Shown: one piece after another, positions 9,213-18,645 of the stretch
Layout of the letters: each line of letters starts with the position of its first letter
How positions within the stretch are numbered: the first letter of the stretch is position 1
Source: a virus
Lineage: Duplodnaviria > Caudoviricetes
Strand: one strand, 5' to 3'
Virus record (IMG/VR): IMGVR_UViG_3300011918_000036
Span: 1 to 62,424 of that record
DNA: 62,424 nucleotides
Program-made: the position numbers and the translations under genes
The notes under the pieces: model-generated
The model's database searches: none
What the model was told of the DNA's origin: nothing
Seen by the model: the letters and a program-made list of their open reading frames with translations, nothing else

Positions 9213-10030
9213 TGGCACTTCCGATCATTACCGCTGATCAACGCATGCGCGAGAAAAAGGGCGTCAAGCTGGTTCTTCTTGGCAAGAGCGGCATTGGAAA
9301 AACCACGCAGCTCAAAACCCTGCCAGAGGACAAGACGCTGTTCGTCGATCTTGAGGCTGGTGACCTGGCCGTCAAAGACTGGCGAGGGGACTGCGTTCGC
9401 CCAACCACCTGGCCGGAGTTCCGTGACCTTGTCGTGTTCTTGGCAGGACCGAACCCTGCATTGCCTCCGGAAGCTCCCTACTCGCAGGCGCACTACGCGC
9501 ATGTGTGTGAGCAATACGGTGATCCGAGCCAGTTGACCAAGTACGACTGCTATTTCGTCGACAGCATCACTGTGCTGGCACGCCTGGCACTGATCTGGGC
9601 CAAGACTCAGCCGCAGGCGATGTCTGATCGAACAGGCAAACCCGATACCCGTGGTGCCTATGGCCTTTTGGGTAGCGAGATGCTCGGTGCGCTGATGCAT
9701 CTGCAACACGCTCGCGGCAAGCATGTCGTGTTCGTGGCCATCCTGGACGAGCGCCTCGATGACTTCAACCGCAAGGTGTTCGTCCCGCAAATCGAAGGCT
9801 CAAAGACGGCTGCCGAGTTGCCCGGCATCGTCGATGAAGTTGTGACGTTGGCCGAGATCAAGGCCGAAGACGGTGCGCCCTATCGCGCCTTCGTGACGCA
9901 CACGCTCAACCCCTATGGCTTTCCAGCCAAAGACCGTTCGGGCCAGCTCGAAATGCTCGAACCCCCAAACCTGCTCGCGCTCATTGAGAAGTGCGCAGCA
10001 GCAACCCAACCTCAAAACAACAAGGAGTAA
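9209..10030 (+). CDS. AAA ATPase, Sak4-like recombination protein
   Basis: Walker A GKSGIGKT, YFVDSIT Walker B, AKDRSG C-terminal motif; start GTG 9209 or ATG 9212. Confidence 0.8.
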   Translation: MMALPIITADQRMREKKGVKLVLLGKSGIGKTTQLKTLPEDKTLFVDLEAGDLAVKDWRGDCVRPTTWPEFRDLVVFLAGPNPALPPEAPYSQAHYAHVCEQYGDPSQLTKYDCYFVDSITVLARLALIWAKTQPQAMSDRTGKPDTRGAYGLLGSEMLGALMHLQHARGKHVVFVAILDERLDDFNRKVFVPQIEGSKTAAELPGIVDEVVTLAEIKAEDGAPYRAFVTHTLNPYGFPAKDRSGQLEMLEPPNLLALIEKCAAATQPQNNKE

Positions 10031-10033
10031 ACC

Positions 10034-10642
10034 ATGTCCGCTTGGAACGATTTCAACGATGCCGAACAACAACAATCATTTGACCTGATCCCCAAGGGCA
10101 CGGTGGCTCCGGTGCGAATGACGATCAAGCCGGGTGGCCATGACGATGCCAGTCAAGGCTGGACGGGTGGCTATGCAACCCAGAGCTTTGAGACGGGGAG
10201 CATCTTCCTTGCCTGCGAGTTCGTGATTCTGGACGGTGAATACGCTCGTCGCAAGATGTGGTCGAACGTCGGCTTGCACAGCTCTAAGGGACCTGCCTGG
10301 GGAAACATGGGGCGCACATTCATTCGTGCCGTCCTGAACTCTGCTCGCAATATCCAGCCGCAGGACAACTCTCCCCAAGCATCCGCCGCACGTCGCATCC
10401 AAGGCTTCAACGAGCTCGATGGCATTGAGTTCGTGGCTCGCATCGATGTTGAGAAAGACGGACGCGGTGAACTTCGCAACGTAGTGAAGATTGCCGTGGA
10501 GCCTGACCAGCCGGAATACCCGCGTGCGTCAGCACCTGCAGCTCAGCGTCCTGCTGCGACCTATCAAGCACCTCCTGCCAGCAGTGCTTCTGCACAGGCC
10601 GGGCGCGCACCTGTCTCGGGCAAACCGAGCTGGGCTCAGTAA
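10034..10642 (+). CDS. Phage ssDNA-binding-like protein (DUF669-like)
   Basis: Follows the Sak4-like gene; low-complexity tail ending KPSWAQ. Confidence 0.6.
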   Translation: MSAWNDFNDAEQQQSFDLIPKGTVAPVRMTIKPGGHDDASQGWTGGYATQSFETGSIFLACEFVILDGEYARRKMWSNVGLHSSKGPAWGNMGRTFIRAVLNSARNIQPQDNSPQASAARRIQGFNELDGIEFVARIDVEKDGRGELRNVVKIAVEPDQPEYPRASAPAAQRPAATYQAPPASSASAQAGRAPVSGKPSWAQ

Positions 10643-10651
10643 GGAGGGTTA

Positions 10652-11137
10652 ATGAAATGCTGGGTCTGCAACAGACAGGCCCGGGGTTTCGGCCACACCG
10701 ACAACCGTCACGGTGTGGGCCATCCCCGGCGCTACCCAATCGACTGGGTTTTTTGCTCGAAAAAATGTCAGGACGTCTTCCATGCGATGTACGGGAACTG
10801 GCAGCGCGCACTCGATGGGCGAGTCGATATGAAGGAGGTTCCCATGATTGATCCTTCTGATATCGAGCTGGCCTCCATGAAGAAGTGCCTTAGAGCATTC
10901 GGTGAGTCCGCAGGCGAAATTGGCTTTGACAAACCACTTGGGGAATATTCCGAAGAGCAAGCCCTGTGCGTTATCGATGCCATCGTGACGTGCTGGACCG
11001 ATGCCATGCTGGCACATCACGAACAGACGAAGTTTCCGCCAGTGCGTGGAATGAGGCCAACGCCTGATCCTCTGGCACACCCATTCGCCGACATGGAGGA
11101 TGACTTGCCTTGGGTGATGGAAGGAGAGAAGAAATGA
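10652..11137 (+). CDS. DUF6511-like phage protein
   Basis: N-terminal CWVC..FCSKKCQ Zn motif; C-terminal DDLPW. Confidence 0.6.
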   Translation: MKCWVCNRQARGFGHTDNRHGVGHPRRYPIDWVFCSKKCQDVFHAMYGNWQRALDGRVDMKEVPMIDPSDIELASMKKCLRAFGESAGEIGFDKPLGEYSEEQALCVIDAIVTCWTDAMLAHHEQTKFPPVRGMRPTPDPLAHPFADMEDDLPWVMEGEKK

Positions 11138-11880
11138 TGGACTTCAATTCTTCTTCCAGCATCTCGGGTCAGGTCAGTGCGCTCATCGATGCCGCGCTGC
11201 AAAAGCGCCAGGCCGAACAACGTCCGAGAAGTTATCTCGGTGCATCGCGCTTAGGCGTCTCTTGCGAGCGAGCCTTGCAGTACGAGTTTGCGAAGGCTCC
11301 AGTAGATCCTGGTCGTGAGCATCCTGGTCGGTTGCTTCGCATCTTTGAGCGTGGCCATCTCTCAGAGGAAAGCATGATCCAGTGGATGCGGCAAGCAGGC
11401 TTTGATCTGTGCACGACCAAACCCAATGGTGAGCAATTCGGATTTGCGGCACTCGATGGCCGCCTGGCTGGCCACATTGACGGTGTGATCGTTGGTGGTC
11501 CTGATGGCTTTAAGTATCCCGCCTTGTGGGAGAACAAATGTCTTGGCTCCAAGTCCTGGCGTGACCTCGAGAAAAACAAGCTGGCGATCTCAAAGCCGAT
11601 CTATCACGCACAGGTGGTGCTGTACCAGGCCTATCTGGAGCTGCATGAGAACCCTGCGGTTTTCACGGCAGTCAATGCCGACAGCATGGAGATCTATACC
11701 GAGTTGGTGCCCTTTGATGCGGCATTGGCGCAGCGCATGTCTGACCGTGCGCTCAAGGTGATCTCTGCGACCGACGCAGGCGAATTGCTCGCTCGCGCTT
11801 ACCAAGACCCCACTCATTTTGAATGCCGGATGTGCTCATGGCAGGACCGGTGCTGGAGACAAATCAATGACGGACGTTAA
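11134..11880 (+). CDS. PD-(D/E)XK exonuclease (Cas4/lambda-exo-like)
   Basis: YLGASRLGVSCER, GHIDG, WENK, C-terminal CRMCSWQDRC. Confidence 0.8.
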   Translation: MMDFNSSSSISGQVSALIDAALQKRQAEQRPRSYLGASRLGVSCERALQYEFAKAPVDPGREHPGRLLRIFERGHLSEESMIQWMRQAGFDLCTTKPNGEQFGFAALDGRLAGHIDGVIVGGPDGFKYPALWENKCLGSKSWRDLEKNKLAISKPIYHAQVVLYQAYLELHENPAVFTAVNADSMEIYTELVPFDAALAQRMSDRALKVISATDAGELLARAYQDPTHFECRMCSWQDRCWRQINDGR

Positions 11881-12076
11881 TCAAATTCTCAGCGAAAAGC
11901 TGGTCGATGCACATGAGGCGGCCTACTGCTTGAAGATGCCTTTGTACCTTTTCACACACCCCAAAGAGCGTGAGCGTCTGGGTCTGCCGCATTACCGCGT
12001 CGGAAAGATGGTTCGCTTCAAGGTGAGTGAACTGATGGAGTGGATGCAGGTGGGGGGAGAGAAGTCGGATGCTTGA
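11867..12076 (+). CDS. Small HTH (excisionase-like) protein
   Basis: LPHYRVGKMVRFKVSELMEW. Confidence 0.7.
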   Translation: MTDVNQILSEKLVDAHEAAYCLKMPLYLFTHPKERERLGLPHYRVGKMVRFKVSELMEWMQVGGEKSDA

Positions 12077-14339
12077 TTTCAATGACAACGACTCGCCTAC
12101 GCACAAAGACACGGATGCCACCAGAGAGCAGTTGCGTGCATCGCTGATTGATCGACTGGAATCGGTTCTGACGGGATTGTTCCCTGCTGGCAAGAAGCGA
12201 CGAGGCAAGTTCCTGATCGGGGACGTCTTGGGCAGTCCTGGTGACAGCCTCGAGGTTGTCCTTGACGGGGAAAAGGCAGGGCTCTGGACAGATCGAGCCA
12301 CTGGTGATGGCGGCGACATCTTCGATCTGATCGCCGCCTACCTCGGCGCAGACGTTCAGTCCGACTTTCCACGGGTGCTGGGCTATGCCGCTGAAATGGT
12401 CGGCCAAGCTGCACCCACCCCAACCCGCAAGGCAAAGAAGGAAGCTCCGGTCGATGAGCTGGGACCAGCTACGGCCAAGTGGGACTACTTTGATCCCACT
12501 GGTCACCTGATCGCTGTCGTCTACCGCTATGACCCACCCGGAGGCAAGAAGGAGTTCCGTCCCTGGGATGCAAAGCGACGCAAGATGGCTCCGCCTGATC
12601 CTCGTCCGCTTTACAACCAGCCGGGGATGCTTGCTGCTGAGCGAGTGATCTTGGTCGAAGGCGAAAAGTGTGCGCAGGCATTGATTGCCGTAGGCATCAC
12701 GGCCACAACGGCGATGCATGGAGCCAACGCACCGGTGGACAAGACTGACTGGTCACCTCTGGCGGGCAAGGTCGTCCTGGTCTGGCCTGATCGGGATAAG
12801 CCGGGCTGGGAGTACGCGATGGCAGCGGCGCAGGCGGTATTGGACGCTGGCGCTCTCTCATGCGATGTGCTCTTGCCGCCAGATGACAAGGCCGATGGCT
12901 GGGATGCAGCCGATGCGTTGACCGAGGGCTTTGACGTTGTCACGTTCATTGCGTCTGGCCCGCGCATGTGCGTGAAGTCGACCAAGGCCATGACAACGCA
13001 GGATGCCACGGTGTGGGCGACCGACGATGCGCTGACGCTGGCGTTCACATCTCGATACGCGGAAGAGTGGCGCTATTGCGCAGCCTGGGGGAAATGGCTG
13101 GTGTGGACCGGTTGCCGTTGGCAACCCGATGAGACCTTGATGTCACATCACCTCATTCGCGCTATTTGTCGTGAGGCTGCGCTCAAGGTGGACTCGCATC
13201 GCCTTGCCGCCAAGTTGCTGGCCAGCAGCACGGTAGGTGGTGTCGATCGCATGGCCAGGTCAGATCGCCGCCATGCCTCCACTACCGAGGAGTGGGACGC
13301 TGACCTCTTCTTGCTCAACACCCCCGGCGGCGTGGTCAATCTCAAGGTGGGCGTGACTCGCCCGCACGACCGAGCCGACCGTATGACCAAGATTGCCACG
13401 GCCACTCCAAGAGGTGATTGCCCACAGTGGAAGGCGTTCTTGAACGATGTCACGGGCGGTGACCCTCTCCTGCAGGAGTACTTACAACGCATGGCGGGCT
13501 ACTGCCTGACCGGGGCGACCAGCGCCCACGCATTGTTCTTCCTGTACGGGACCGGCGCGAACGGCAAGTCGGTGTTCGTGAACACCTTGGCCAGCATCTT
13601 GGGCGACTACGCCACGAGCGCACCCATGGACACGTTCATGGATGCACGGGGAGACCGTCACCCAACCGACCTGGCTGGTCTGCGCGGCGCACGTTTCGTG
13701 GCATCAGTGGAAACCGAGCAAGGCAGGCGTTGGAACGAGTCCAAGGTCAAGGCCATCACGGGTGGTGACAAGGTGTCGGCGCGCTTTATGCGTCAAGACT
13801 TCTTTGAGTACATCCCGCAGTTCAAGTTGCTCATTGCGGGCAACCACAAGCCCTCGATTCGCAATGTGGACGAGGCCATGAAGCGGCGTCTGCACCTTAT
13901 CCCCTTCACGGTGACGATCCCGCCTGAGAGGCGTGACGGCAAGCTGACCGAGAAACTGTACGCGGAGCGTGACGGTATTTTGGCCTGGGCGGTCGAAGGA
14001 TGCCTGGCCTGGCAACGCGATGGCCTGCGTCCACCCGAGTGCGTGGTCTCTGCAACCGAAGAGTATTTCGAAGCGGAAGACGCTTTGGGTCAATGGATTG
14101 AAGAGCGCTGCATCTTGAGCAAGACCCATCGCGAAGGCGTCTCAGATCTGTTTACCGATTGGCGTGAATGGGCTGAGCGTGCTGGCGAGTACGTGGGCTC
14201 GATAAAACGGTTCTCCGAGTTGATGTCGACCCGCAAGTTCGAGAAGTGCCGACTGCATGGCGGTGCGCGCGCAATCGCGGGCATCAGTCTACGACCTAAG
14301 CCTCATATCGGTGGCGGCTACCCGTACCGAGACGATTGA
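12069..14339 (+). CDS. P4-family primase/helicase (TOPRIM + D5-like SF3 helicase)
   Basis: LVEGEKCA and PDRD TOPRIM motifs; LYGTGANGKS Walker A. Confidence 0.9.
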   Translation: MLDFNDNDSPTHKDTDATREQLRASLIDRLESVLTGLFPAGKKRRGKFLIGDVLGSPGDSLEVVLDGEKAGLWTDRATGDGGDIFDLIAAYLGADVQSDFPRVLGYAAEMVGQAAPTPTRKAKKEAPVDELGPATAKWDYFDPTGHLIAVVYRYDPPGGKKEFRPWDAKRRKMAPPDPRPLYNQPGMLAAERVILVEGEKCAQALIAVGITATTAMHGANAPVDKTDWSPLAGKVVLVWPDRDKPGWEYAMAAAQAVLDAGALSCDVLLPPDDKADGWDAADALTEGFDVVTFIASGPRMCVKSTKAMTTQDATVWATDDALTLAFTSRYAEEWRYCAAWGKWLVWTGCRWQPDETLMSHHLIRAICREAALKVDSHRLAAKLLASSTVGGVDRMARSDRRHASTTEEWDADLFLLNTPGGVVNLKVGVTRPHDRADRMTKIATATPRGDCPQWKAFLNDVTGGDPLLQEYLQRMAGYCLTGATSAHALFFLYGTGANGKSVFVNTLASILGDYATSAPMDTFMDARGDRHPTDLAGLRGARFVASVETEQGRRWNESKVKAITGGDKVSARFMRQDFFEYIPQFKLLIAGNHKPSIRNVDEAMKRRLHLIPFTVTIPPERRDGKLTEKLYAERDGILAWAVEGCLAWQRDGLRPPECVVSATEEYFEAEDALGQWIEERCILSKTHREGVSDLFTDWREWAERAGEYVGSIKRFSELMSTRKFEKCRLHGGARAIAGISLRPKPHIGGGYPYRDD

Positions 14340-14349
14340 ACAAACCCAT

Positions 14350-14444
14350 GGTGACGGATTTGACAGTCTTACTGATTAACCCCTCACGCGTGCGCGTACA
14401 CACACGATAGAGAGTTAACCGTGAAACGTGTCAAACCCGTCACC
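14350..14444. repeat. Spaced inverted repeat, candidate phage replication origin
   Basis: GGTGACGGATTTGACA (14350-14365) vs TGTCAAACCCGTCACC (14429-14444), 15/16 complementary. Confidence 0.55.
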
Positions 14445-14465
14445 CAGCAAAAAACTGGAGACGAA

Positions 14466-14939
14466 ATGAACATGACGATTCTTGCCCTGGACCTGGGCAC
14501 AACGACTGGCTGGGCATTGATGCATGCAGACGGTCAGATCACAAGCGGCAGCCAATCCTTCAAGCCTCAACGCTTTGAGGGAGGCGGTATGCGGTTCCTG
14601 AAATTCAAACGCTGGCTCACAGACGTCAAGCAATGCACCTCAGGCATTGACCTGGTTGTGTTTGAGGAAGTGCGTAGACATGCGGGGGTAGATGCCGCAC
14701 ATGCCTACGGTGGCTTTATGGGTCAACTGACTGCCTGGTGTGAGCATCATCAAATTCCCTACGAAGGCGTGCCAGTCGGAACGATCAAGAAGCACGCAAC
14801 CGGCAAGGGAAACGCTGGCAAGGAGGACATGATCGCGAGCGCACAAGCACGTGGCCACAATCCTGCAGACGACAACGAAGCGGATGCGATTGCACTGGTC
14901 TACCTGACCCACGATCGCCAGATGCCACAGGAGGTTTGA
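14466..14939 (+). CDS. RuvC-like Holliday junction resolvase
   Basis: ILALDLGTTTGWA, VVFEEV, TGKGNAGK, DDNEADAIA. Confidence 0.8.
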   Translation: MNMTILALDLGTTTGWALMHADGQITSGSQSFKPQRFEGGGMRFLKFKRWLTDVKQCTSGIDLVVFEEVRRHAGVDAAHAYGGFMGQLTAWCEHHQIPYEGVPVGTIKKHATGKGNAGKEDMIASAQARGHNPADDNEADAIALVYLTHDRQMPQEV

Positions 14940-14940
14940 G

Positions 14941-15147
14941 ATGAAAGTCCCAGCACAACCCTATCGCTGCGCTCTTGGAAAGGTGCAGCCTGTCGTGACT
15001 GACCTGGATGCCGTCAAGCGTTCAGGCTGGCGTGAGCAACACATCCTGGTCATCTCCGATCAAGACGAGCGACTTGACTTCCTCGAGCGTGAGTTCATCA
15101 AGCGCATTGGCGAGCGTCTCTATGGAGCAGGAGGCAAGCATGACTAA
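14941..15147 (+). CDS. Small phage hypothetical protein
   Basis: 68 aa, GGAGG RBS. Confidence 0.65.
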   Translation: MKVPAQPYRCALGKVQPVVTDLDAVKRSGWREQHILVISDQDERLDFLEREFIKRIGERLYGAGGKHD

Positions 15148-15544
15148 GACGATCACCATCTGGACTGTTGATGATGTGGCAGCACGTTTTAGTGATGCCG
15201 CTTACACGTCCTACCGACTTCCTCCCGTGCGTGTCCAGGGATATGCAAGCCCTTGGATGAGCCTTGCCATGCAAGTGCCCAATCGCTACCCGGACCCTGA
15301 GCGTGTCTATCGCCCCATGCCACCCGGCCCTGAGGCGGTCGAACGCATGCTCGAGACGATGCGTTGGGTTCAGTGGTTGGAGGAGGAGCAACGACACCTG
15401 GTCTGGATGCGGGCCAAGCGATACGAGTGGCATCAGATCGGTCGTCGCTTTGCCTGCGATCGAAACACTGCAGCCAGACGTTGGAAGAAGGCCATGCAAC
15501 TGGTCACCGACAAGCTCAACGATGCAATCAACTCATGCGCGTAA
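15140..15544 (+). CDS. DUF6362-like protein with sigma region-4-like HTH; probable late regulator
   Basis: EQRHLVWMRA..WHQIGRRFACDRNTAARRW; last gene before the late region. Confidence 0.65.
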   Translation: MTKTITIWTVDDVAARFSDAAYTSYRLPPVRVQGYASPWMSLAMQVPNRYPDPERVYRPMPPGPEAVERMLETMRWVQWLEEEQRHLVWMRAKRYEWHQIGRRFACDRNTAARRWKKAMQLVTDKLNDAINSCA

Positions 15545-15695
15545 ATTGGCGTGATTTGAACAAGTTGGGGGGTAATGTGGGTGCATATGAGGCAATGCGC
15601 GAATTTACCCTGTGCAGCATTTCAGCCCAATTGAGCGTACATTTTCAGCTATGGTGTGGAAAGGAGTGCAGGCCACTCCCTCCACACAAATTTCT

Positions 15696-15794
15696 GGGTC
15701 CTTCCTCGCCAAATCCCTATGCGGGGGGCAAAGGCCCGAGATTTCGATAGCGACAGATTGAAAAACCGGGTTTGCAGTTCGCACCGGGTTTGCA
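15696..15794 (+). other. Candidate lambda-like cos site (cosQ-cosN-cosB)
   Basis: GGGTCCT at 15696-15702, GGGGGGCAAAGGCCCGAGATTTCGATA from 15723, and a direct repeat ACCGGGTTTGCA at 15765 and 15783. Confidence 0.6.
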
Positions 15795-15820
15795 CCTCCC
15801 CCAATCCCCCCAAGGAATTT

Positions 15821-17086
15821 ATGACTCCCGAGATCAGAATGATCGCGGTGGATGCGCTCATCCCTTATGCGCGCAACGCCCGCACACACAGCGATGGCCA
15901 GGTGGCTCAGATCGCAGCATCCATTGCCGAGTTTGGTTTCACCAACCCCATCCTGTCGGATGGTGCGCGCGGAGTGATTGCTGGGCATGGCCGATTGATG
16001 GCTGCCCGCAAGTTGGGGCTCACAGAAGTGCCCGTCATCGAACTGGCACACCTGACGCCCACCCAGAAGAAAGCCTACATCCTGGCCGACAACAGAATTG
16101 CCGAGAACGCAGGCTGGGACGAAGAACTCCTGAAGCTGGAGTTGGCTGAGTTGCAGGCTGCCGAGTACGACTTGGATCTGATGGGATTCAGTGATGAGGA
16201 AATCGACAAGCTTCTCAATGGCGATGAACAAAGCGATGGTCTGACCGACGAAGACGCAGTCCCGGAAACCCCAGTGGAACCTGTCTCAAAGCCGGGCGAC
16301 CTGTGGATCCTTGGCAACCATCGCTTGCTTTGTGGTGACTCGACCGTCCTGAATGATGTCGAGCGTTTGATGGATGGCCAGCTGGCCGACATGGCGTTTA
16401 CCGATCCACCCTACAACGTGGACTATGGCAACAACGCCAAGGACAAGATGCGCGGCAAAGACCGCCGCATCCTCAACGATGCGCTGGGCGACGGGTTTTA
16501 CCAGTTCCTGTACGACGCGTGCGTGAACCTCCTGGTTGTTACTAAGGGCGCTTGCTACGTTTGCATGAGTTCATCTGAGCTGCATACCTTGCAAAAGGCC
16601 TGGTTGGATGCCGGTGGCAAGTGGTCGACTTTCGTGATTTGGGCAAAGAACACTTTCACGTTGGGTCGGGCTGACTACCAGCGCCAGTACGAACCGATCT
16701 TGTACGGATGGAAACAGGGAACCGATCACTTTTGGTGTGGCGATCGCGATCAGGCAGACGTCTGGTTTTATAACAAGCCTCGCGTCAACGATCTGCACCC
16801 GACTATGAAACCGGTAGAACTGGTTGAAAGGGCGATTCGCAACTCTTCGAAAAGCCGGGATGTGGTGTTGGACTTGTTTGGCGGTTCTGGCACCACCCTG
16901 ATCGCATGCGAAAAGACAGGGCGTCAAGCTCGTTTGATTGAACTCGATCCCAAGTTCGTAGACGTGATCGTCAAACGCTGGGAGGAATACACCGGCAAGA
17001 AAGCCGTTCGAGAGGCCGGTGACTCAGAGCCGGAACAAGATCCGCAGGCTCGTGAGCTCGAGGCGCTGGATCAGCCGCAGTCTTGA
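15821..17086 (+). CDS. ParB-like N-terminus + N4/N6 DNA methyltransferase
   Basis: IAGHGRLMAA (ParB/Srx), FTDPPYNV, HPTMKPVEL, LDLFGGSGTT. Confidence 0.9.
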   Translation: MTPEIRMIAVDALIPYARNARTHSDGQVAQIAASIAEFGFTNPILSDGARGVIAGHGRLMAARKLGLTEVPVIELAHLTPTQKKAYILADNRIAENAGWDEELLKLELAELQAAEYDLDLMGFSDEEIDKLLNGDEQSDGLTDEDAVPETPVEPVSKPGDLWILGNHRLLCGDSTVLNDVERLMDGQLADMAFTDPPYNVDYGNNAKDKMRGKDRRILNDALGDGFYQFLYDACVNLLVVTKGACYVCMSSSELHTLQKAWLDAGGKWSTFVIWAKNTFTLGRADYQRQYEPILYGWKQGTDHFWCGDRDQADVWFYNKPRVNDLHPTMKPVELVERAIRNSSKSRDVVLDLFGGSGTTLIACEKTGRQARLIELDPKFVDVIVKRWEEYTGKKAVREAGDSEPEQDPQARELEALDQPQS

Positions 17087-17448
17087 TCCACTGCGCTTTG
17101 AATCACAAACCCGGTCAGGTATGGCAGCCCCTTGGGGATTCCGTAGTTGCGCTGGATCGTACGACCTATCGTCCAGCTCATCCATTTTTGGCTGGCCTGT
17201 GCGACGGCCTGGTGCATGTCAGGGCTGCTCAAAAGAGCGTCTTGAACCGTATCTGCAAAGTGACGACCATGACTGCTGTCCAGGAATGCACGGACCGACT
17301 CAAGCGGCTGGCTGGTGGTCTTGGCAATATGGGTCATGGCAATGGGCCAGGCAATGCTGGCGTAGCCGCCCATCGTTCCCCAAAAGCCCCACGACTCGTT
17401 TTCGGAGGCAGGGATTTTGACCAGGTCTTGTGCTTGTGACGTTTGCAT
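17071..17448 (-). CDS. Hypothetical protein
   Basis: 125 aa, last gene of a reverse-strand cluster. Confidence 0.65.
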   Translation of the reverse strand: MQTSQAQDLVKIPASENESWGFWGTMGGYASIAWPIAMTHIAKTTSQPLESVRAFLDSSHGRHFADTVQDALLSSPDMHQAVAQASQKWMSWTIGRTIQRNYGIPKGLPYLTGFVIQSAVDQDCG

Positions 17449-17451
17449 AGA

Positions 17452-17811
17452 TCATCCCAATCGAGCAACGTAGCGCGGGTAATCCCCGCCAGATGGATCG
17501 ATGAACAGGTAGGTGCGACCGGGCGCGTGCACTTGGACGCACAAGCGTCCTTCTCCTAGGTAGCCGCCCTTACCCTTGAGCCAGTCGCGGGACTTGTAGA
17601 GGTTCATGGCGAACCCGTCGAACTCTTCGGGTTCCATCTCTCGGGTCTCTGTGACGTAGACGATGTAGTCGCCGCAGCCTGCGATGTCGGTGATGTCGCT
17701 GGGTTTGCGCCCGAATGGCAGGCGGATGCTTAGCTCTTGGACCTCAATCTCTTGACCGTCAAATTTCACGGTCAGGGGTTTGCATTCGACGGTAAGGGTG
17801 ATGTTCTTCAT
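17452..17811 (-). CDS. Hypothetical protein
   Basis: 119 aa from ATG 17811 with GAGG RBS. Confidence 0.65.
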   Translation of the reverse strand: MKNITLTVECKPLTVKFDGQEIEVQELSIRLPFGRKPSDITDIAGCGDYIVYVTETREMEPEEFDGFAMNLYKSRDWLKGKGGYLGEGRLCVQVHAPGRTYLFIDPSGGDYPRYVARLG

Positions 17812-17818
17812 GTGAGCC

Positions 17819-18265
17819 TCAGGCGATGCGGTAGGTGCGTTGTTGTCCATCGGCTTTCTCGGAAACGATGCTCAAACCGAGCTTCTTTTTCAGGGCTCCG
17901 GCCATGCAGCCCCTGACCGTGTGCTGTTGCCATCCGGTGGCCTTGACCATCTGCTCAAGCGTCGCCCCCTCCGGACGTTGAAGTAATTCGATCAGCGTTG
18001 CCTGCTTGGTGCCCTCTCGTTTGGATGGTGTTGCCTTGGCTTCGATCGCAATGCCGAGGGCGCTGCGCCCTGCGTCGGTGATTGCAAATTGCGTGGTGCC
18101 GTCCTCGGCATGGCTGTGGGCGGCAATGAGATTGGCGTTGGCCAGGGATGTCAAAACCTTAAGCCGCGCACCCCCTTTTAGATTGGCCGGGAAGTCGGTC
18201 AGCAAGTGCTCTGGATGCTGGGCCGCTGCGATGAGCAGATTGGTTTGGGTCTCGGAGAGTTTCAT
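17819..18265 (-). CDS. DUF3489 protein
   Basis: REGTKQATLIELLQRPEGAT..ATGWQQHTVRG..LKKKLGL. Confidence 0.85.
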   Translation of the reverse strand: MKLSETQTNLLIAAAQHPEHLLTDFPANLKGGARLKVLTSLANANLIAAHSHAEDGTTQFAITDAGRSALGIAIEAKATPSKREGTKQATLIELLQRPEGATLEQMVKATGWQQHTVRGCMAGALKKKLGLSIVSEKADGQQRTYRIA

Positions 18266-18291
18266 GGTTTTCCTTTAAAAATGGTGATGTG

Positions 18292-18613
18292 ATGAACGCT
18301 TCATTCCGCTCGCTTATCAAGCGATTTCTGAATCTTTTTTCTTCCCCTGTGGCTTCTTCGTCTGCGCCTTCAGGCCAGCTTGATAAGCCGCTTGCAGAGC
18401 AGCCTCAATTCCCCAAACCGACACGTCGTGAAAGTCCAGCCGGTCCGAATGCTGCGTCTGCAGCGTCTGGACAAAAAGGTGCTCGCGTGCGATCTGCTCC
18501 AAAAGGCAAGAAGGCGCGTTGATGGCGTTGGTGGTTTTCTTGTGGTTCATGCGGCGCTCCAAAAAACGTTGATTGATGACCGTATGAACGCTTCATTTCC
18601 GAACAACATCAAG
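18292..18613 (-). promoter_or_regulatory. Duplicated promoter/operator motif ATGAACGCTTCAT-N11-ATCAAG
   Basis: Copies at 18292-18321 and 18584-18613 with identical spacing, each just upstream of a reverse-strand gene. Confidence 0.6.
18317..18550 (-). CDS. DUF6900-like small protein
   Basis: IAREHLFVQTLQTQHSDRLDFHDVSVWGIEAALQAAYQAG. Confidence 0.75.
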   Translation of the reverse strand: MNHKKTTNAINAPSCLLEQIAREHLFVQTLQTQHSDRLDFHDVSVWGIEAALQAAYQAGLKAQTKKPQGKKKDSEIA

Positions 18614-18645
18614 TCAATTTCTTAGCCAGACTCTTTCACTTGGGT

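Noticed and set aside
11134-11880. Cas4-like nuclease suggesting CRISPR-Cas
   Set aside because: It lies in the Sak4/SSB recombination module; no array or other cas genes were seen.
18289-18522. + strand 77-aa ORF
   Set aside because: Antisense to the recognisable DUF6900-like gene and starts inside the repeated regulatory motif.
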